Origin: Camelus dromedarius
Taxonomy: Eukaryota
Assembly (NCBI RefSeq): GCF_036321535.1
Contig: NC_087437.1
Span: 63,738,001 to 63,802,000 of the forward strand
Length of the DNA stretch: 64,000 nt
Direction of reading: 5' to 3'
The notes below the pieces were generated by a model. That model did not search any database, was not told the DNA's origin, and saw only the letters and a program-made list of their open reading frames with translations. Below, piece by piece: positions 1 to 14,040 of this stretch (positions are counted from its first letter, which is position 1; each line of letters begins with the position of its first letter). A program made the translations under genes and the position numbers.

Positions 1-1780
1 TTCTCCTCTGCTGGGTCCTCCAGCTGGCTTCACAGTGCGCTCATGCTCTTTGCCACCTTCTGAGGTTGCTTCTCTTGGTAGCATATTTCCTGTGGCTGCA
101 CACGCTCCTTGTCGTCCCTAATGGCCATCCATGAACATGGCCTTTTGGTGAGGCAGGAAGGGCACCTTCTTACCCTGTCACTCAGATGAGGAGCTGAGGT
201 CCCATGTCTGGGGCACATCGTTCCCTCCTCAGGTACTGTGCTGGGACCAGAAGCCGTGCCACTGTCTTCTGGCCCAGTGCTCTTTCCACGGTGACATTCC
301 ATCTCAGTTAACAAAGGACATTAGGAGACATTCAGCATCTTCTGGCCCCTGGAATGCCAAATGTCTAAAATTCTCCACCCTACTCCATCTATTCCCTTAC
401 TTTCTATTTTAAATGTTTCTGTAGGTGGATTTGCATCACCTTCACTTTTAAAATTAGCACCTCTCCTAAAGGTAGAAAACCTCATGATGTTAATCAGACA
501 CTGTCAGACAACTCCTAGACAGATGCAGCAGTGCTTTAAAGCCCCTTGTGCACCTGTTACTGATGGACACTGAAAGATAGTGTTACTTTTCTCCTAACTG
601 GATGGTTCACTTTGACATTGCCTTGTTTACCTTAGGAGATTTTGGTAACCTCAGATTGTCTATTTTTCTCTTAGTGTTTTTCTGTCCCTTTCCAACATTT
701 TCTTGAGCTATGTATAAAGATTTTATTTCAAAATGCTGAGAAATATTTAGACCCTTTTGGGTTCAGTGTAGGCTCACTTCTGACATCCCATGTTGCATCT
801 TGCTCCCATTGTCTTGGTTCTCTTGTAGCCCTTGAAAAACTCCACTGGAACTCCTTGGTTTATAATATATTTACTCCAATGGTATTGTTCTTAACTGATA
901 ATTAAGTCAGTTAGGTTTAAAATAAAACATCTTAAACCATGCAAGCGAGCCTTACCAACACAGCCTGCTTTGTCGATTAATCATTGAGTAGGTTCCAAGC
1001 TCAACAAAATCAGGAAATTGGTTTCATTTCTGTTTAATGTTGACCTTTTTCTCCTCTGGGCTCTCCACCACTGCACCCTGTGCCCTCCTCACTGGTGACC
1101 CTGCCCCACAAACACTCACACTTGAAGCTCCTCAGGACCTTTTTCTCTTGCTCTCTTACCCCAAGGGCTAAATCTGACATCCACCATTCCCTTTTCTCAC
1201 TTCCGGCATGAGAGGGAGCAGTTTACCCCAGGCAGACTCCCCAGAAAGCTGCACAGTTATCTTCATTTGGGGAAATGCCACTTGGGAGGAATGGCTAGGG
1301 CCGGACCTGTCAGCTCCAAAGGAAAGTGTCCCACTGTTATGAGGCTCTTCTAGGACCCAGAGCCGGACCTGCCCCAGCCTGCCCAATCCAGACCATCTTG
1401 GCAGATACCCGGGCCTTTCAGGCTTGAGCACTATTGGATTCCTCCTTTTCCATCTGCCCCAGAACTTCCAGATCTTAGGTTTTCCAGCACAATTACAGTT
1501 CAGTTAGTCTTTTTAAATATTATACTAAAACACCTCTTCCCCATTTAGTTAATGTTCTGGGTGTGTCAGTGGGGTCTCCTGTTTTGCTCCTATTTTTGAT
1601 AATGAAATTTCGATGAAGGAGCTTATTGTTGGAATGCATCCTCTTTAAGCATAAGACATTTCCATACTACTGGGCAGTATCTTGATCTATATAATTGCTA
1701 CTACTTTCAAATAGAAGGAAACCTGTTTAGAGCCAAATCTGGATACTTGGAGTCCTAAGATTAGCAAGCCTTTTATCTTA

Positions 1781-3082
1781 TTTTTTTATGGAAATATAGT
1801 TAATTTACAGTGTTGTGTTAGTTTCAGGTGTGCAGCAGAGTGATTCAGTTATATATATTCTTTGTCAGATTCTTCTTCATTATAGGTGATTACAAGATAT
1901 TGAATATAGTTCCCTATGCTATACAGTAGGTCCTTGTTGTTTGTCTGTTTTATATATAGTAGTGTGTATATGTTAATCCCAGACTCCTAATTTATCTCTC
2001 CTACCTCCCCCACCTCCACTATCCCCTTTGGTAACCGTAAGTTTGTTTTCTATGTCTATGAGTCTATTTCTGTTTTGTAAATAAGTTCATATGTATCCAT
2101 TTTTTTAGATTCCACTTACAAGTGATAGTCATATGATATTTGTCTTTCTCTGCCTGGCTTACTTCACTTAGTATAATGATCTCTAGGTCCATCCATGTTG
2201 CTGCAAATGGCATTATTTCTTTCTTTTCTGTAGCTGAGTAATATTCCATTGTGTGTGTGTGTGTGTGTGTGTGTGTACACCAAATCTTTATCCATTCGTC
2301 TGTCAGTGGACATTTAGGTTGCTTCCACATCTTGGCTGTTGTAACTAGTGCTACTATGAGCATTGGGGGTGCATTACCTTTTTGAATTAAAAGTTTTCTC
2401 ACGGTATATACCCAGGAATGGGATTGCTAGATCATATGGTAAGTCTGTTTTTAGTTTTTTAAGGAACCTCCGTACTGTTTTCCATAGTGACTGCACCAAT
2501 TTACATTCCCACCACAGTGTTGGAGGATTTCTTTTCTCCACACCCTCTCCAGCATTTGTTATTTGCAGACTTTTTAATGATAACCATTTGACTGGTGTGA
2601 GGTGATACCTCATTGTAGTTTTGATTTGCATTTCTCTAATAATTAGTAATATTGAGTATCTTTTCATGTGCTTGTCAGCCATCTGTATGTCTTCTTTGGA
2701 GAAAAGTTTATTTAGGTCTTCTGCCCATTTTGGGATTGGGTTGTTTGTTTTTTGATATTAAGCTGTATGGGCTGTTTGTGTATTTTGGAAATTAATCCCT
2801 TGTTGGTAGCATCATTTGCAAATACTTTCTCCCAGTCTATAGGTTATCTTTTCATTTTGTTTGTGGTTTCCTTTGCTGTGCAAAAGCCTTTAAGCTTAAT
2901 TAAACCCTATTTGTTTATTTTTGGTTTTATTTCCATTACTCTAGGAGGTGTATCCAAAAAAGTATTGCTGCAATTTATGTCAAAGAGTGTTCTGCCTATG
3001 TTTTTCTCTAGGAGTTTTATAGTATTCAGTCTTATGTTTAGGCCTTTAATCCATTTTGAGTTTATTTTTGTACATGGTGATA
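1781..3082 (-). mobile_element. 5'-truncated LINE-1 (ORF2 C-terminal part + 3' UTR), antisense to HACD2
   Basis: Minus-strand ORFs 2064-2402, 2374-2682 and 2907-3104 translate to L1 ORF2 C-terminal motifs ([50 protein letters not shown]). A T-rich tail lies near 1781. Confidence 0.93.
2251..2276. repeat. (GT)13 microsatellite inside the L1
   Basis: Read directly. Confidence 0.97.
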
Positions 3083-3129
3083 GAAACACGTTGGCTACCA
3101 ACATTTTTCTTGTGGATTACCCTCTATCC

Positions 3130-3324
3130 CAGAGCTGTCCAAAAGAACTTTCGGCAGTGGCAGAAGTGTTCTGTATCTGTGCTGTTCAGTACAGTAGCTA
3201 CTGGCTGTATGTGAACACATGCTGAACCCTTGAAATGAGGTTAGAGTGACTGAGGAACTGAATTTTAATGTAATTTAATTTTAAATAGCCACATGTGACT
3301 GGAGGTTCCCATGCTGGACTGTGT
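3130..3324 (+). mobile_element. MER3-like hAT-Charlie DNA transposon (MITE)
   Basis: cagagctgtccaaaagaactttc...gactgaggaactgaatttt...aaatagccacatgtg...ctggac resembles the MER3 consensus, with degenerate terminal inverted repeats. Confidence 0.8.
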
Positions 3325-6300
3325 ATCTGTAGTTGTTCATTGTAACATTATTTACCATTCCCTTGATTTCAGTCAATTAGCTTTCCATGTATTTTATTTC
3401 ATATGTGCATGGCTGTATTTTTTTTTAAGAAACAAATAAGCAAAGGAAATTTATGTGGTATACTTGGTGTGCTGTGTTCTTAAAATCTGGGGATTTTTTT
3501 TTTAATACTCTGGATTAAATTGTTATAAAAGTCCTAATTGCAGGTATGGGCAACAGAGTGGACGGTATTCTCGTCTGTTGCAGACATAGCAGTTGATTAA
3601 CTGGTGAGGCAGGAAGCCATTCAGGCCCCACTTTTCAGAGGCCTGCAGTTTGGCCTTTGCAGCGGATTCACCATGATAGCATGTCCCAGGTTTGCCCTTG
3701 TTGAAAACCCTTTCACAGGCCTTTTCTCTCCTATCTGAGTTAAAAGATGCTATAGAAGTATAGTCAACATTAGTATCCTAGCAAGCTCAAAGATTCTCAT
3801 TTCACACTGTAAAAGTAAGATGATTGGCATGCATCGTGAGCATTGCTAAAATATGTCAGCAAAGTCAAGGAAAGTTAAAAATTATTAGCTATAAACTGCC
3901 TTTAAATAGGTGTGCTCCACAGTACAATGAGTGGCATTTTTAAAGCATTGATTAATATTCACTTGAAAACTTTTAGTATGTAGGAGGGGGAGCTATCTCT
4001 TAAATTATCTGCTCCTTTGCCAGATCAGTCCTTTATGTACTGTAGCTTTTGCAATGTAACTTTATTTTCAGCATGAATATGGAGTATCAGTTTAATTTAA
4101 AATACGTAAATTGACAAGAATACCAGCCTCCTGACAGCTGACCTGCACAGTGCGTGCAGCAAGTCACTGGTCTCATTGGGAACCTTGAAGATGACAGGGG
4201 AACCTAAAGAAATCATCCCCATCCTCCTGCTCCCGTGAAATATATGAGGTGTATTTCTGTTTCTTCAGGGAAGAGGGTTCAGTAACCTTTTTTACGTACC
4301 CATATCAAGAAGCCCTGTATAGTCAGGAAGCTGTCATCATAAGCTGTGATGCATCATGGATAAAATAAAGCATATTACTAAATCGTCTGCATTTTCCAGA
4401 GAAAGGACCCTTTGAAGTCTGACGTGAAACCCTGGTGCACTTCGCGAATTTGTAAGACGTGACTTGATATACGTGTGTGGATGTGTATGGAAGCATGTTG
4501 AGGGAATGCTTGCATTTGGATGGGACAGGGGAGACTAATTATTAGGCTTGATGCATTAAAGACTTTTAACTTGTCTTTTCTTTAGATTGTTGCCATAAAC
4601 ATTTGTTTTTAACAGGATAAGTCTTGGCATCTTCTCCCCTTTACTATATTTTGATCTAGCAGAAAGTTACCAGGATAACCAAAAACTTGATAATTATGCA
4701 TCTCCTTTGCCTTCTGCATTGGTGCTGTCTGGTTAGGTCAAGTTTAAGGAATCTTTTGTTGAGGTCACTGCCTCAAAGAAAAGTATGTTGAGAGCCTCAA
4801 GTGTAAAAACTAATCAAATTAACCAAGTTATTGTATACCACTGAATATTTTTTAAATTGTAGAGTTTTTCAAACAGTCATGTTAACATTTGTGTAGCACT
4901 TTGCCGTCTGTGGCAGAGCTTATCATCTGGCAGCGGATGTCTGTCCCACTGGTGGGTTTTTAAAAAAAAGTTCAAGGAGAGCACAATGACTGGAGGGTGG
5001 ACGTCATCTGAGAAGAAAGGCAGTCCTCACCTCAGCTGGTGATTGGCAAATCGATCTAGTGTTAGGCAGTCTCTGAGTTTTTTAAGAAAAAGCAGAAATA
5101 CAGATTTTTTTTTAATGGGAAATCTCTCAATTAAAAAAAAAAAAAAGTGGCTCAAATATTTTTTAAAGCACTGTACAAGCCCAAACAAGACAACTACAAA
5201 CCAGGACCGTGGGCCATTGTTTTAGTATTTATACTTCATGAGGTGATATTCATAGCCTTTGTTTCTGTCTTGATGACATTTTTGCTATTATTAAACTGTC
5301 ATAGAATAAAAGAACCATGATATTTCACAGTGTATATTGCCAATTTCATGTTCTTTTGACCATGTCAGTCATCTGACAATGACCAATCCTGTCCCCTCTA
5401 GAATGTTGGGTAGGCACATTGGGATGATGCATTTAGAGGTTGGGGGCAGACGGTAGGGTGAGTATGCCCCACTCTCCCCCTAGGGCCACAGTAGCCTCCT
5501 GCTGGGGATATTGTTCTCATGCTGTCTTGCTGTAATTAAAGGACTGTTGCGTCATAGACTACTTACACTGTATAGGATGTAGGTGATCAAAGTGGGACTC
5601 ACTATGGCCCCATTCTGATGCAGTCCCCGTACTTGAGTTGGGTTGAAGCAAATAGTTGCATAAAAATGTTTCAGTTAATAATATGCCCTTTGAATGTGAG
5701 AGAATCAAACAGAACTCAGGAAGAATATTGGGAAAGGCTAGCAGCTGGTAAGATCATTAGACATTGCAGAGCTGGTACAAATATATTAGCCTTAAAGTAG
5801 AGAGAGAGATGACAGCTCTTAAAAACACTTAAACAACAAAAAGCGAAACAACAACAAAACAAAATATCTTGGTAATTAAGCCTAAGAGGCAGCCACCAGC
5901 CTGTATTGGGTTCCAGCAGAGGCTAGCATAGATAGTAGAAACTTAATAAATATTTGTTGATTTGAATTTTTCTTTCATGGAATAATAAGAACTGCTATTT
6001 ATTAAAAGGTTAGCACTTTACTAAGCACTTGACAGGTTTTTATAACCCTACGTCAACCACGCAAATTTCCCATATGAGGAAGCGGAGGCTGGGAGAGGAT
6101 AAGGACATGCAGCCTGGAAGCCTGGAGGTCTCTGATTCCAGAGATGCAGTGACTGGAGAAGAGGCTAGTTGTAGGAACCCACCACTCTATCTTCATGTTT
6201 TCTAGGAAATGGGCTAAGTAGATAGTAGCATTAAAGTTGGACTAATGGAAGCATTTTAGCATTCAGACCTGCATGTCTGACTTTGTCATAAATGCAGAAT

Positions 6301-7269
6301 TGATCATGCATTGCTTGTTGACTGCATGCTTATAGATTTTTCTCATTGCATGTTCTGAAAAGTTAATTTCATGACCCAAGAGTTGTTTTGGTAGGCCGGA
6401 TGTTTAAGCCATCATCCACATCAAAAACTAGTCATTAGTTACTGTGTTATAATGGAAATAAATTTTTAACCAGTTTCTTTGTTATTCTAGATTAAGAAAA
6501 ATCTATGTAGATGCACATTTTTCTCTCCTTTAAAGGGGAAGGGTATTAATATTTATAACTTTCATTTATCATAAAAAAGGAACAGTACCTTCTGGTTTAT
6601 TTACCATGTATCCTATCATGGATTTTTAATAAACACTAAATCATGAAGGACACTTTACACATGAAATTGCCATGTGAAAAGACTAATACGAATCCAAACA
6701 TCTCTTTTTTTAAAAACCACCACACGTTGATACTCATTACATTTCAATTTCTAACCAAGGATGAAATTCCTTTTAAGTAGATATCTAAGTGAGTTACATT
6801 TTTGTTCAGAAAAGCTTAATAAAGTTATAGAAAGGACCAGAATTGTCGTCAGAATTGTCCTGTTCCCCAGCCCAAACCTTCTGCTGACGTCACCAACCAG
6901 GCAGCAGCCCCGTGGCCTCACTCTCCCTGGGGAGCTGCCCTCCTCACCCAAGGCTGTTCCAACCAAGGCAGAGAACATGCAAGCCAGGCCGCAGACTGGT
7001 CAGCAAATACTTACTCAGTACTTTGTCTGCTCTGGTATTGTGCTAAGCACTAGGATGCATGGAAAAGGGAAGTCATGCGTGCTGCCCTCACAGGGCTTCC
7101 ACAGGGCGTAGCACAGGAGCCGAATCCAGCAGCAGCACAGAGTGGGGTGACTGACAAGGCAGGAAGGACAGGGTGCTGGCACCACACGTCATACTTCAGC
7201 TGCCCAGCTGAGGGGCTGAACTAGCTTGCTCCAGCTCCTAAGGAGCAATTCCATCTCCCAGGCCCAGTT

Positions 7270-7375
7270 GGTTGTTCCCCATCATGGGGTGGTCTTGGGG
7301 ATCCAATGAGTTAATACATATAAAAGCATTTAGAGCAGTGCCTGGCACTTATTAAGTGCCCAATAAATGTTAACT
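7270..7375 (+). mobile_element. MIR SINE 3' fragment
   Basis: aatgagttaatacatataaaagcatttagagcagtgcctggcac...caataaatgttaact. Confidence 0.75.
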
Positions 7376-8004
7376 GCGTATTAGCTATAAATAGTAACCT
7401 AATTTTCCCAAAAAATTTAGTGACAGATTTCTATATAACTGGGTTGAGTTCTTTCCTATGTCCTGAAGCAGAGATATAATTGACTTTTAAAACAGAAATA
7501 TAATTGACTGTTCACACAGGAATGGATTTTTTTGTACTTATTAAAATAGGATCACAGTTAGCTGGTGAAAATTTATACATAATTACTTTTATCATACTTA
7601 AGGAATAATTAGCCCTGCTAATGGGAGTTATCATTATCTTAATCATCATCATTATCCTAATCCAAAGCATTTATTAAAAATTTGATTTTGCCTTTTAAGC
7701 AAGCTAACCCCTCTTCAAAGAGAGTTTTTGGACCTGCCCTCAGGGTAGTTACAGTGTAAGACAGTAGTAATGCTGATACAGATTTGGGTCAGCATTCAAT
7801 CTGTTGTTCCTTCTCGAGTTACCATCTCTTAGTGTGTTGTTACTGCTGGTTATTGTTCTAAATATTCTTATGTCTTCTTTTTTGGTTATGTAGCCCACCT
7901 CTCCTGGCAGATTCAGAGGCTTCATACCAAAAGCAATATATAGAAACCACATGATGTTGTTTTTGCTTCTAATGGTGTCCCCAGAGTGGTTGCTTAGTAC
8001 TCAG

Positions 8005-9600
8005 GTGATATTTTGAAATAATTTCAAATTTACGAAATAGTTGCTAGAACAGTAGAAAGAACTCTCACATTTCTTCATTCAGATTCCCCAGCAATTGGCA
8101 TTTTACTGCACTTGTTCCTTCACCTACTCCTCTGTATTTCTAAACCCATTATCTTTTTTTTTTCCTGAACCTTGAGAGCAGGCTGTACATGATGTCTTGT
8201 CACCCCTGAATACTCAAGTACATGTTTCAGACATTCTTCTACATCACCTGCATATGACCCTCCAGTCCGGAAGCCAACACTGCTACAGTAGACCTGTCCC
8301 ATCCACAGGCCTCACTCAGATTTCACTGTCTAAACAGTGTCCTGTTTTCTCCTTTCTGGAAAGGCAGATATTTACTAAATATTTTCTGTGCTCCAGGTAT
8401 TGTGCTAAGCACAATACACAGGGTACACAGGGAAAGGAGAGAAATAGTTGTTGTGGTATTCCTGCCACATACATGTTACACTGAGCTGTCAGGTCTCTTC
8501 AGACCCATCAGTCTAAGACTAAGAAGTCTCACTCTGTGTCTCATGCCCTTGACAGTTTTAAAGAGTACAGGCCTTAATTTCTCTAGGGTGACCCTCAACC
8601 TGCATCCATACAGTGCTCCTTCATAACCAGTTCAAGCGAAGCATTCTTGGCAGAAGTACCACGGAAATGGTGCCATGCTCTTCTCAGGGCATCACGTGAG
8701 GTGGCAGCGCCACGTCTACCAATCCCACCCCTGGTGATGTTGACCTCAGTCACCTGCTTCTGTTGGTGTCTGCCAGCTTCTCCACCTTCAAGTCACCATT
8801 TTTCCTGTTTCATTAATCAGTATTTGTGGGAATGATTCCTGCCTCTATCAGCCGTCTCTGTTAACTATCAAATGTGATTCTCTACTTCTGTCATTTCTTT
8901 GACACGTATTAGTTGGTATCCTGCTGTAAGGAATAGCTTTCCCTTTCTCTCATTTGTTTATTCATTTATTTATTGTATTTATATCAGTTTGGACTATGAA
9001 TTGCTATATAATCCAGTGGACTGTAACCTGTATTTACTTTGATGCTAAAGTTGTCTGTGATTTGGCCAGTGGGAATCCTTTCTCCTTGCCCTTTTGACTT
9101 GTTTTCATCATTCATTGAGCATTTCCTTACTTTCCAACAAAAAGATTTCCAGACTTAACTTCCCCTGCCCCAGTCCTAGAATCAGTCATTTTGCCAAAGA
9201 ACCTGGTTCCTTTTAGTGGAGGATGGTACATTTAGGACTCAAGATCTAGGTAGTTGAGGTGCTTCTTGTTACTGGGATGTTATTGCTTCTTGATCCTCTC
9301 AGTAGAGAAAGCTAGATTATATGTGTATGATGTATATGTGTACATATACATATACTCGTACACATGTACGTTTAAAAGTATATAGCTGGGTGTGTATATA
9401 CATATGTGTGTGTGTATATCTATATACTCATGAGCTCATACCAATTCCTCCAATTACGATCCAACAATCTAACACCTTGGTGTTCTTTCTAGCATTCTCC
9501 CTGCCATGTTTGTAAATACCATCTTCAATAGCAAGAAGTCCTTTTTTTAATATATTGATTTATTTGTTCAGTTTATTTATTTACAACATGTAACTAATTT
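8005..9600 (-). mobile_element. Old L1 (L1MC-like) 3' region, degraded, with a small L2-like piece near 8360-8430
   Basis: ttttgaaataatttcaaatttac...agaactc and cccctgccccagtcctagaatcagtcattttgccaaagaacctggttccttttagtgga resemble L1MC 3' UTR sequence. Confidence 0.65.
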
Positions 9601-9924
9601 TCCAACCACACTAGCCATCTCTTCTACCTGCCACCACTCCGTCACCTCCCCATCCTCAATTGCAAAAGGGGTGTTCTCCCCACAGCAGCAGGGGTGTATG
9701 TGTGTGTCTGAAACCCAAGAGGAAAAGTCAGAACTGTTCAGAGTTTGGGGGCACAACTTTTGTAAGCCTCACTTTCCTCATCAGTGAACTGGAGATTCCA
9801 TGAGGTAATATATGTTAAAAAGTGATTGACATATAGCATGAGTTCAGTAACTATTTATTAGGTATAATTATTTTTACTGCTGTTGTCATCGTAATTATTA
9901 AAAAGAGATTATTCCCCCTCCAGA

Positions 9925-10380
9925 ATTAAAAATGGGCAAGAGACATCTCTCAAAAGAAGATGTACAAATGACCAACAAGCACATGAAAAAATGCTCATAC
10001 ATATAAAAATTCTGGTACATGCTACAACATGGATGAACCTTGAAAGCATTATGCTAAATGAAACAAGCCAGACACGGAACGGCACATACGTATATTCTAC
10101 TTAAGTGAGGTGCCTAGAATTACCAAGCTCTTAAAGACCGGAAGTAGAATAGTGGTTACCAGGAGCTAAAAGGAGGGAGAAATGGAGAGATATCACTTAA
10201 TGGGAATAGAATTTGTTTGGAATGATAGAAACATTTGGAAATGGATAGTGGTGATGGTTGTACAGTATGGTGAATATACTTAATGCCACTGAAATATACA
10301 CTTAAAAATATACACTTAAAAAATATACACTTAAAAATACACACTTAAAATGTTAAATTTTAAGTTAAATATTTATCACA
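9925..10380 (+). mobile_element. L1MB-like 3' fragment
   Basis: gctacaacatggatgaaccttgaaagcattatgctaaatgaa...gatagtggtgatggttgtacagtatggtgaatatacttaatgccactga. Confidence 0.8.
10292..10348. repeat. Four tandem copies of a 14-15 bp unit (aaatatacacttaa)
   Basis: Read directly; slippage expansion of an L1 3' UTR segment. Confidence 0.9.
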
Positions 10381-10510
10381 AACCTGTTACTGCAATTTTA
10401 AGATGACACTAACATGAAAAAGCTGCCTATATGTATCCTTTTAGGAATACTTCCTTTTTCCATAGCATACACTGGTTATAGATACATTGCTGCCCCTAAC
10501 CCCCAGCAAA

Positions 10511-10546
10511 ACACGCACACGCACACAGACACACACACACACACAC
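10511..10546. repeat. Interrupted (CA)n microsatellite
   Basis: Read directly. Confidence 0.9.
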
Positions 10547-10629
10547 AGAGTCTGCTAAAGGAAGATTGAAGAATGATACTTGTAGAGGTGAACAGGCAGG
10601 GAAAGTTGGGGAGTCAAATGGATCTAGAA

Positions 10630-10793
10630 CAGAGTTGGCTTGTGGGCGACATGTAGCCTGCAATTTGTGATGATTTTTACCTTTTTAAAAGGGTGTAAAA
10701 AACAAAGAAGAATACATGACTAAGGCCACATATTGCACAAAGCCTGAAATATTTGCTATTTAGCCCTTTTCAGGAAAAGTTTGCCAACACCTG
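10630..10793. mobile_element. MER58-like hAT-Charlie MITE
   Basis: cagagttggc...aagcctgaaatatttgctatttagccctttt...aaaagtttgccaacacctg. Confidence 0.65.
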
Positions 10794-10801
10794 ATCTGAA
10801 G

Positions 10802-11200
10802 TGTTGCTGTGGACTGAATCATGTCCCCGAAATTCACATCCGGAAACACTAAGCCCCAGTGAGACGGTATTTGGAGGGGGACCTTTGGTAGGCGGTTAGG
10901 CTTAGATGAGGTCATGAGGGCAGAGTCTTCACCCTGAGGTTCAGGCCCTCTAAGGCACTAGTATCCATGCACATAATACCTTTTACACATTCTGTAGGAG
11001 AGCTTCTCCCTCCCTACCATGTGACAACACGGTGATAAGACAGCCAGCTGCAAGTCAGGAAGGGGGCCTCACGAGGAAGCAGACGTGCTGGCACCCTGAT
11101 CTTGGACTTCAGGAGCCCTGAGAAAATACATTTTTGCTGTTGGCACCCCCGCCCCCCAGTCTGTGGTGTTTTACTGTGGCAGCCGGAGGAGACTAAGATA
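10802..11200 (+). mobile_element. MLT1-type MaLR solo LTR
   Basis: tgctgtggactgaatc...tttggagggggacctttgg...ttagatgaggtcatgaggg...gctggcaccctgatcttggactt...gactaagata. Confidence 0.85.
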
Positions 11201-11924
11201 AACATACTCCTCCCAGTTCTGCCAAGAACTGACTCGAGTCCTCATCTACCAAAATCTCTCCACAAGGGAAAGGGGTATCAAGAAGAGCAAAGAATGCTCA
11301 CTAGAAAGCATGATCGGGGGCTTTCTCTGAAATACCCAGAGGGGGAAGCAGTAGGTCCCAAAATGCCAAGAAGAATAGGGTTTCTACAAAAAAGATTTTC
11401 TTCCGTGGCACCATCTGTTTTTCTTTGAATGTAATAAAAGTGACAGCTTTTCATGTACTAATGCTCCCTGAGCCTTTTAAAGTCAAACATATGATGCTAT
11501 TTGTGTGTAAAGGTTTTCCTCTTGCGCCCATTTGTTTCTCCAGCTTGAATTTCTGTGTAAACTCCTTTGGCTAAATTACACAAACTGCCCACACCCCGTG
11601 TCTCCTCCCTCGCTGTAGAACAGGGGGCTGAATCTTCCGTCTTCAGTGTGGAGGGTCCAACATGCAGCTCCCAACACCAGGCAGAGGAAGATTTCCTGGC
11701 CAGCCAGGGCTGCTCCGTGCCCACTCCTCCATTTGTGCCATGATTGTGAACAGGCAGCTTTGAAACATGGCTTCAGGACATTTTTGGTCAGCCTAGCCCA
11801 AACCTGCCCTTTGTCTCCTTTTCCTTTGTAAACCTTGATAAATTCCCTTCTCCCCTTTTGCCCTAAATGCCTCCTTCTCCCATAAAAGGCAATAATATGT
11901 ATGTATTTAAAGTAAATGTTTTAT

Positions 11925-12432
11925 TCTTTTAAAAACAACTTTATGGAGGTATTAATTTACATACCAGAAAGCTAACCCATTTTAAGTGTGAAAGTCAATG
12001 CTTTTTAGTAAACTTACCAAGTTGTGCAACCATCACCATAATCCAGTTTTAGAACATTTCTGTCACCACAATATGATCCTGAATGCCCTTTTAAAGTTAA
12101 TCCCCATTTCCATTCCCAGCTCCTGATAACCATCAATCTACTTTCTGTCTCTAGGTTTTCCTTTTCTGAACATTTCATGTAAAGGAAATCATACAGTGGG
12201 TGGTTGTTAACATTTGGCTTCTTTCACTCTGCATCATGTTTTTGAGGTTCATCTGTATTGTAACGTGTACCAGTATCTTTCCTTTGTTTTGCTCAATACA
12301 GTTCCATGGTGTGGATGTACATCACGTTTTGTTTATCCATTCACCAGTTGCTAGACATTTGAGTTTTTACTCTTCTGCTGTTATGAACAACACTGCTGTG
12401 AACATTTGCGTGCAAATCTTCATGTGAACATA
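11925..12432 (-). mobile_element. L1MB-like 3' end
   Basis: cccattttaagtgt...gttgtgcaaccatcaccataatccagttttagaacatttc. Confidence 0.8.
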
Positions 12433-13659
12433 CTGAACCTCGTATTCTTGATAATTAATCAAATTATGTTTCTAGTTCTTAATTAAAATGCATCTGAGTT
12501 GAACTTTTTATAATCTTAGTCCTTTGCCCCTCAAAAAACCCTCAAAGTTAAATGGGCTTTTTTTTTTTTAACTCACTTGAGGCTACCAGTTGATTCTTTT
12601 TCTCTGAGTCACTGGCTCTTCACAGAAGAGAAGCTCCCTACTTCTTAGAAAAATGTTCCCAGCTCCTGCTTTCCAAAAAAAGGAAAGAAAATATAAGATA
12701 TCATTCAGGTTAAGGAGCACTGATTGCGCATATTCCTCGTGTCCAGACCTATGTCGAGGGCTGAGGAAGCCAACTGGTGTGAGACCTGGACCCCTGAAGA
12801 CCTTACCATCCATCGGGGTGGGCAGGGGGCCGGCAGTCGAGCCAGGGAATTATTCCCCTTCTACACATTCAGCAGTCAGTAAAGAAAGAGGAAGTCTTTT
12901 AAAAAGTTATTCTCTCCTCTCCTGCCTTCTTTGAGAAAGGAAAATTATTTTAAAGAAGTGCTATTAAAGTCTCTACCCATTTTTTCCCCAACTAAAAGAA
13001 GTTCAGCTCCTGCAAGGAAGTTAGTGTCAGCCAGAGTTCGTGCCTTTGCCACGTGCAGGTTGTGCGCACACACCTTCCAAAGCGTAGCAGCTGGAAGCCC
13101 TCACTGGCTACCATCCAGGTCGGCCTCCCACCCTTCGTAGGACTCGTTCCTGAGTGGCCTCAATTTGGCTATGACCGGGGCCTTGGAGCACACAGCTTCA
13201 TGAGGTGGCCTATTTTATCAGTCAACTGGTTTGTTACATAGTTTTTCTTATTTTGAACTTTTTCCTCCCTGTTAATTTTTTCCATTAGTCTCATGCCTGT
13301 TGCACATGATATCCTTTTGCCTATTTTGAAGTAGTTGACCTTCTTCCTGGTTCCAGAGTAAGTGCTGCTAGTTCAGGGGCTCTTATAATGGACTCTGATC
13401 CCTCAGTGGGGTCTAATCTGTTTAGAGTAATCAGAGTGAGAGACTGTTGTAGACAAATACTGGCTGGTTGGTTTGAACAGCCAGCTACGTGTACCTTGTT
13501 GACTCATGTATGAAACTATGGAACCAGAAATTCCAAATCTGTTGGATTCATAAGCTCAGTCTTCTCCATTCAGTACTAAAGTCATGTTGTTGTTGCTGAA
13601 TCACATTACTTTATATTTAGCCTTGTTAAATTTGAGCTTACTGGGTTTGTTTTTAAGAA

Positions 13660-14040
13660 CTCTTTTATTGTTAAATAATGCATAACATAAAATTTACCAT
13701 TTTAACCATTTTTAAGTTCACTTGCACTAAGTACATTCCCATTGTTATGTAACCATCTTCACCACCCATCTCCAGAACTTTTTTCATCTTCTAAACAGAA
13801 CTCCATACCCATTAAATAATTATTCCCTATTTGCTTTCACTCCCAGTCCTTGGCAACCTTCTGTCTCTACTTTCTGTCTCTGAATTTGACTACTCTGGGT
13901 ACCACATGAGTGGACTCACATTTTTTAAATGGCTTATTTCACTTAGCATGAACTTTTGATGGATGTTTGGGTTGTTTCCACCTTTTGGCTATTATGATAA
14001 TGCCGCTGTGAAATGTGGATGTACAAATATCTGTTTGAGT
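13660..14040 (-). mobile_element. L1MB-like 3' end
   Basis: cataacataaaatttaccattttaaccatttttaag...catctccagaacttttttcatc. Confidence 0.8.

Noticed and set aside
2752..3225. Hydrophobic 157-aa ORF resembling a membrane protein
   Set aside because: Antisense reading of L1 ORF2 running into MER3
10292..10348. Short direct-repeat array as a possible CRISPR-like structure
   Set aside because: No spacers; simple slippage inside an L1 3' UTR in a mammalian genome
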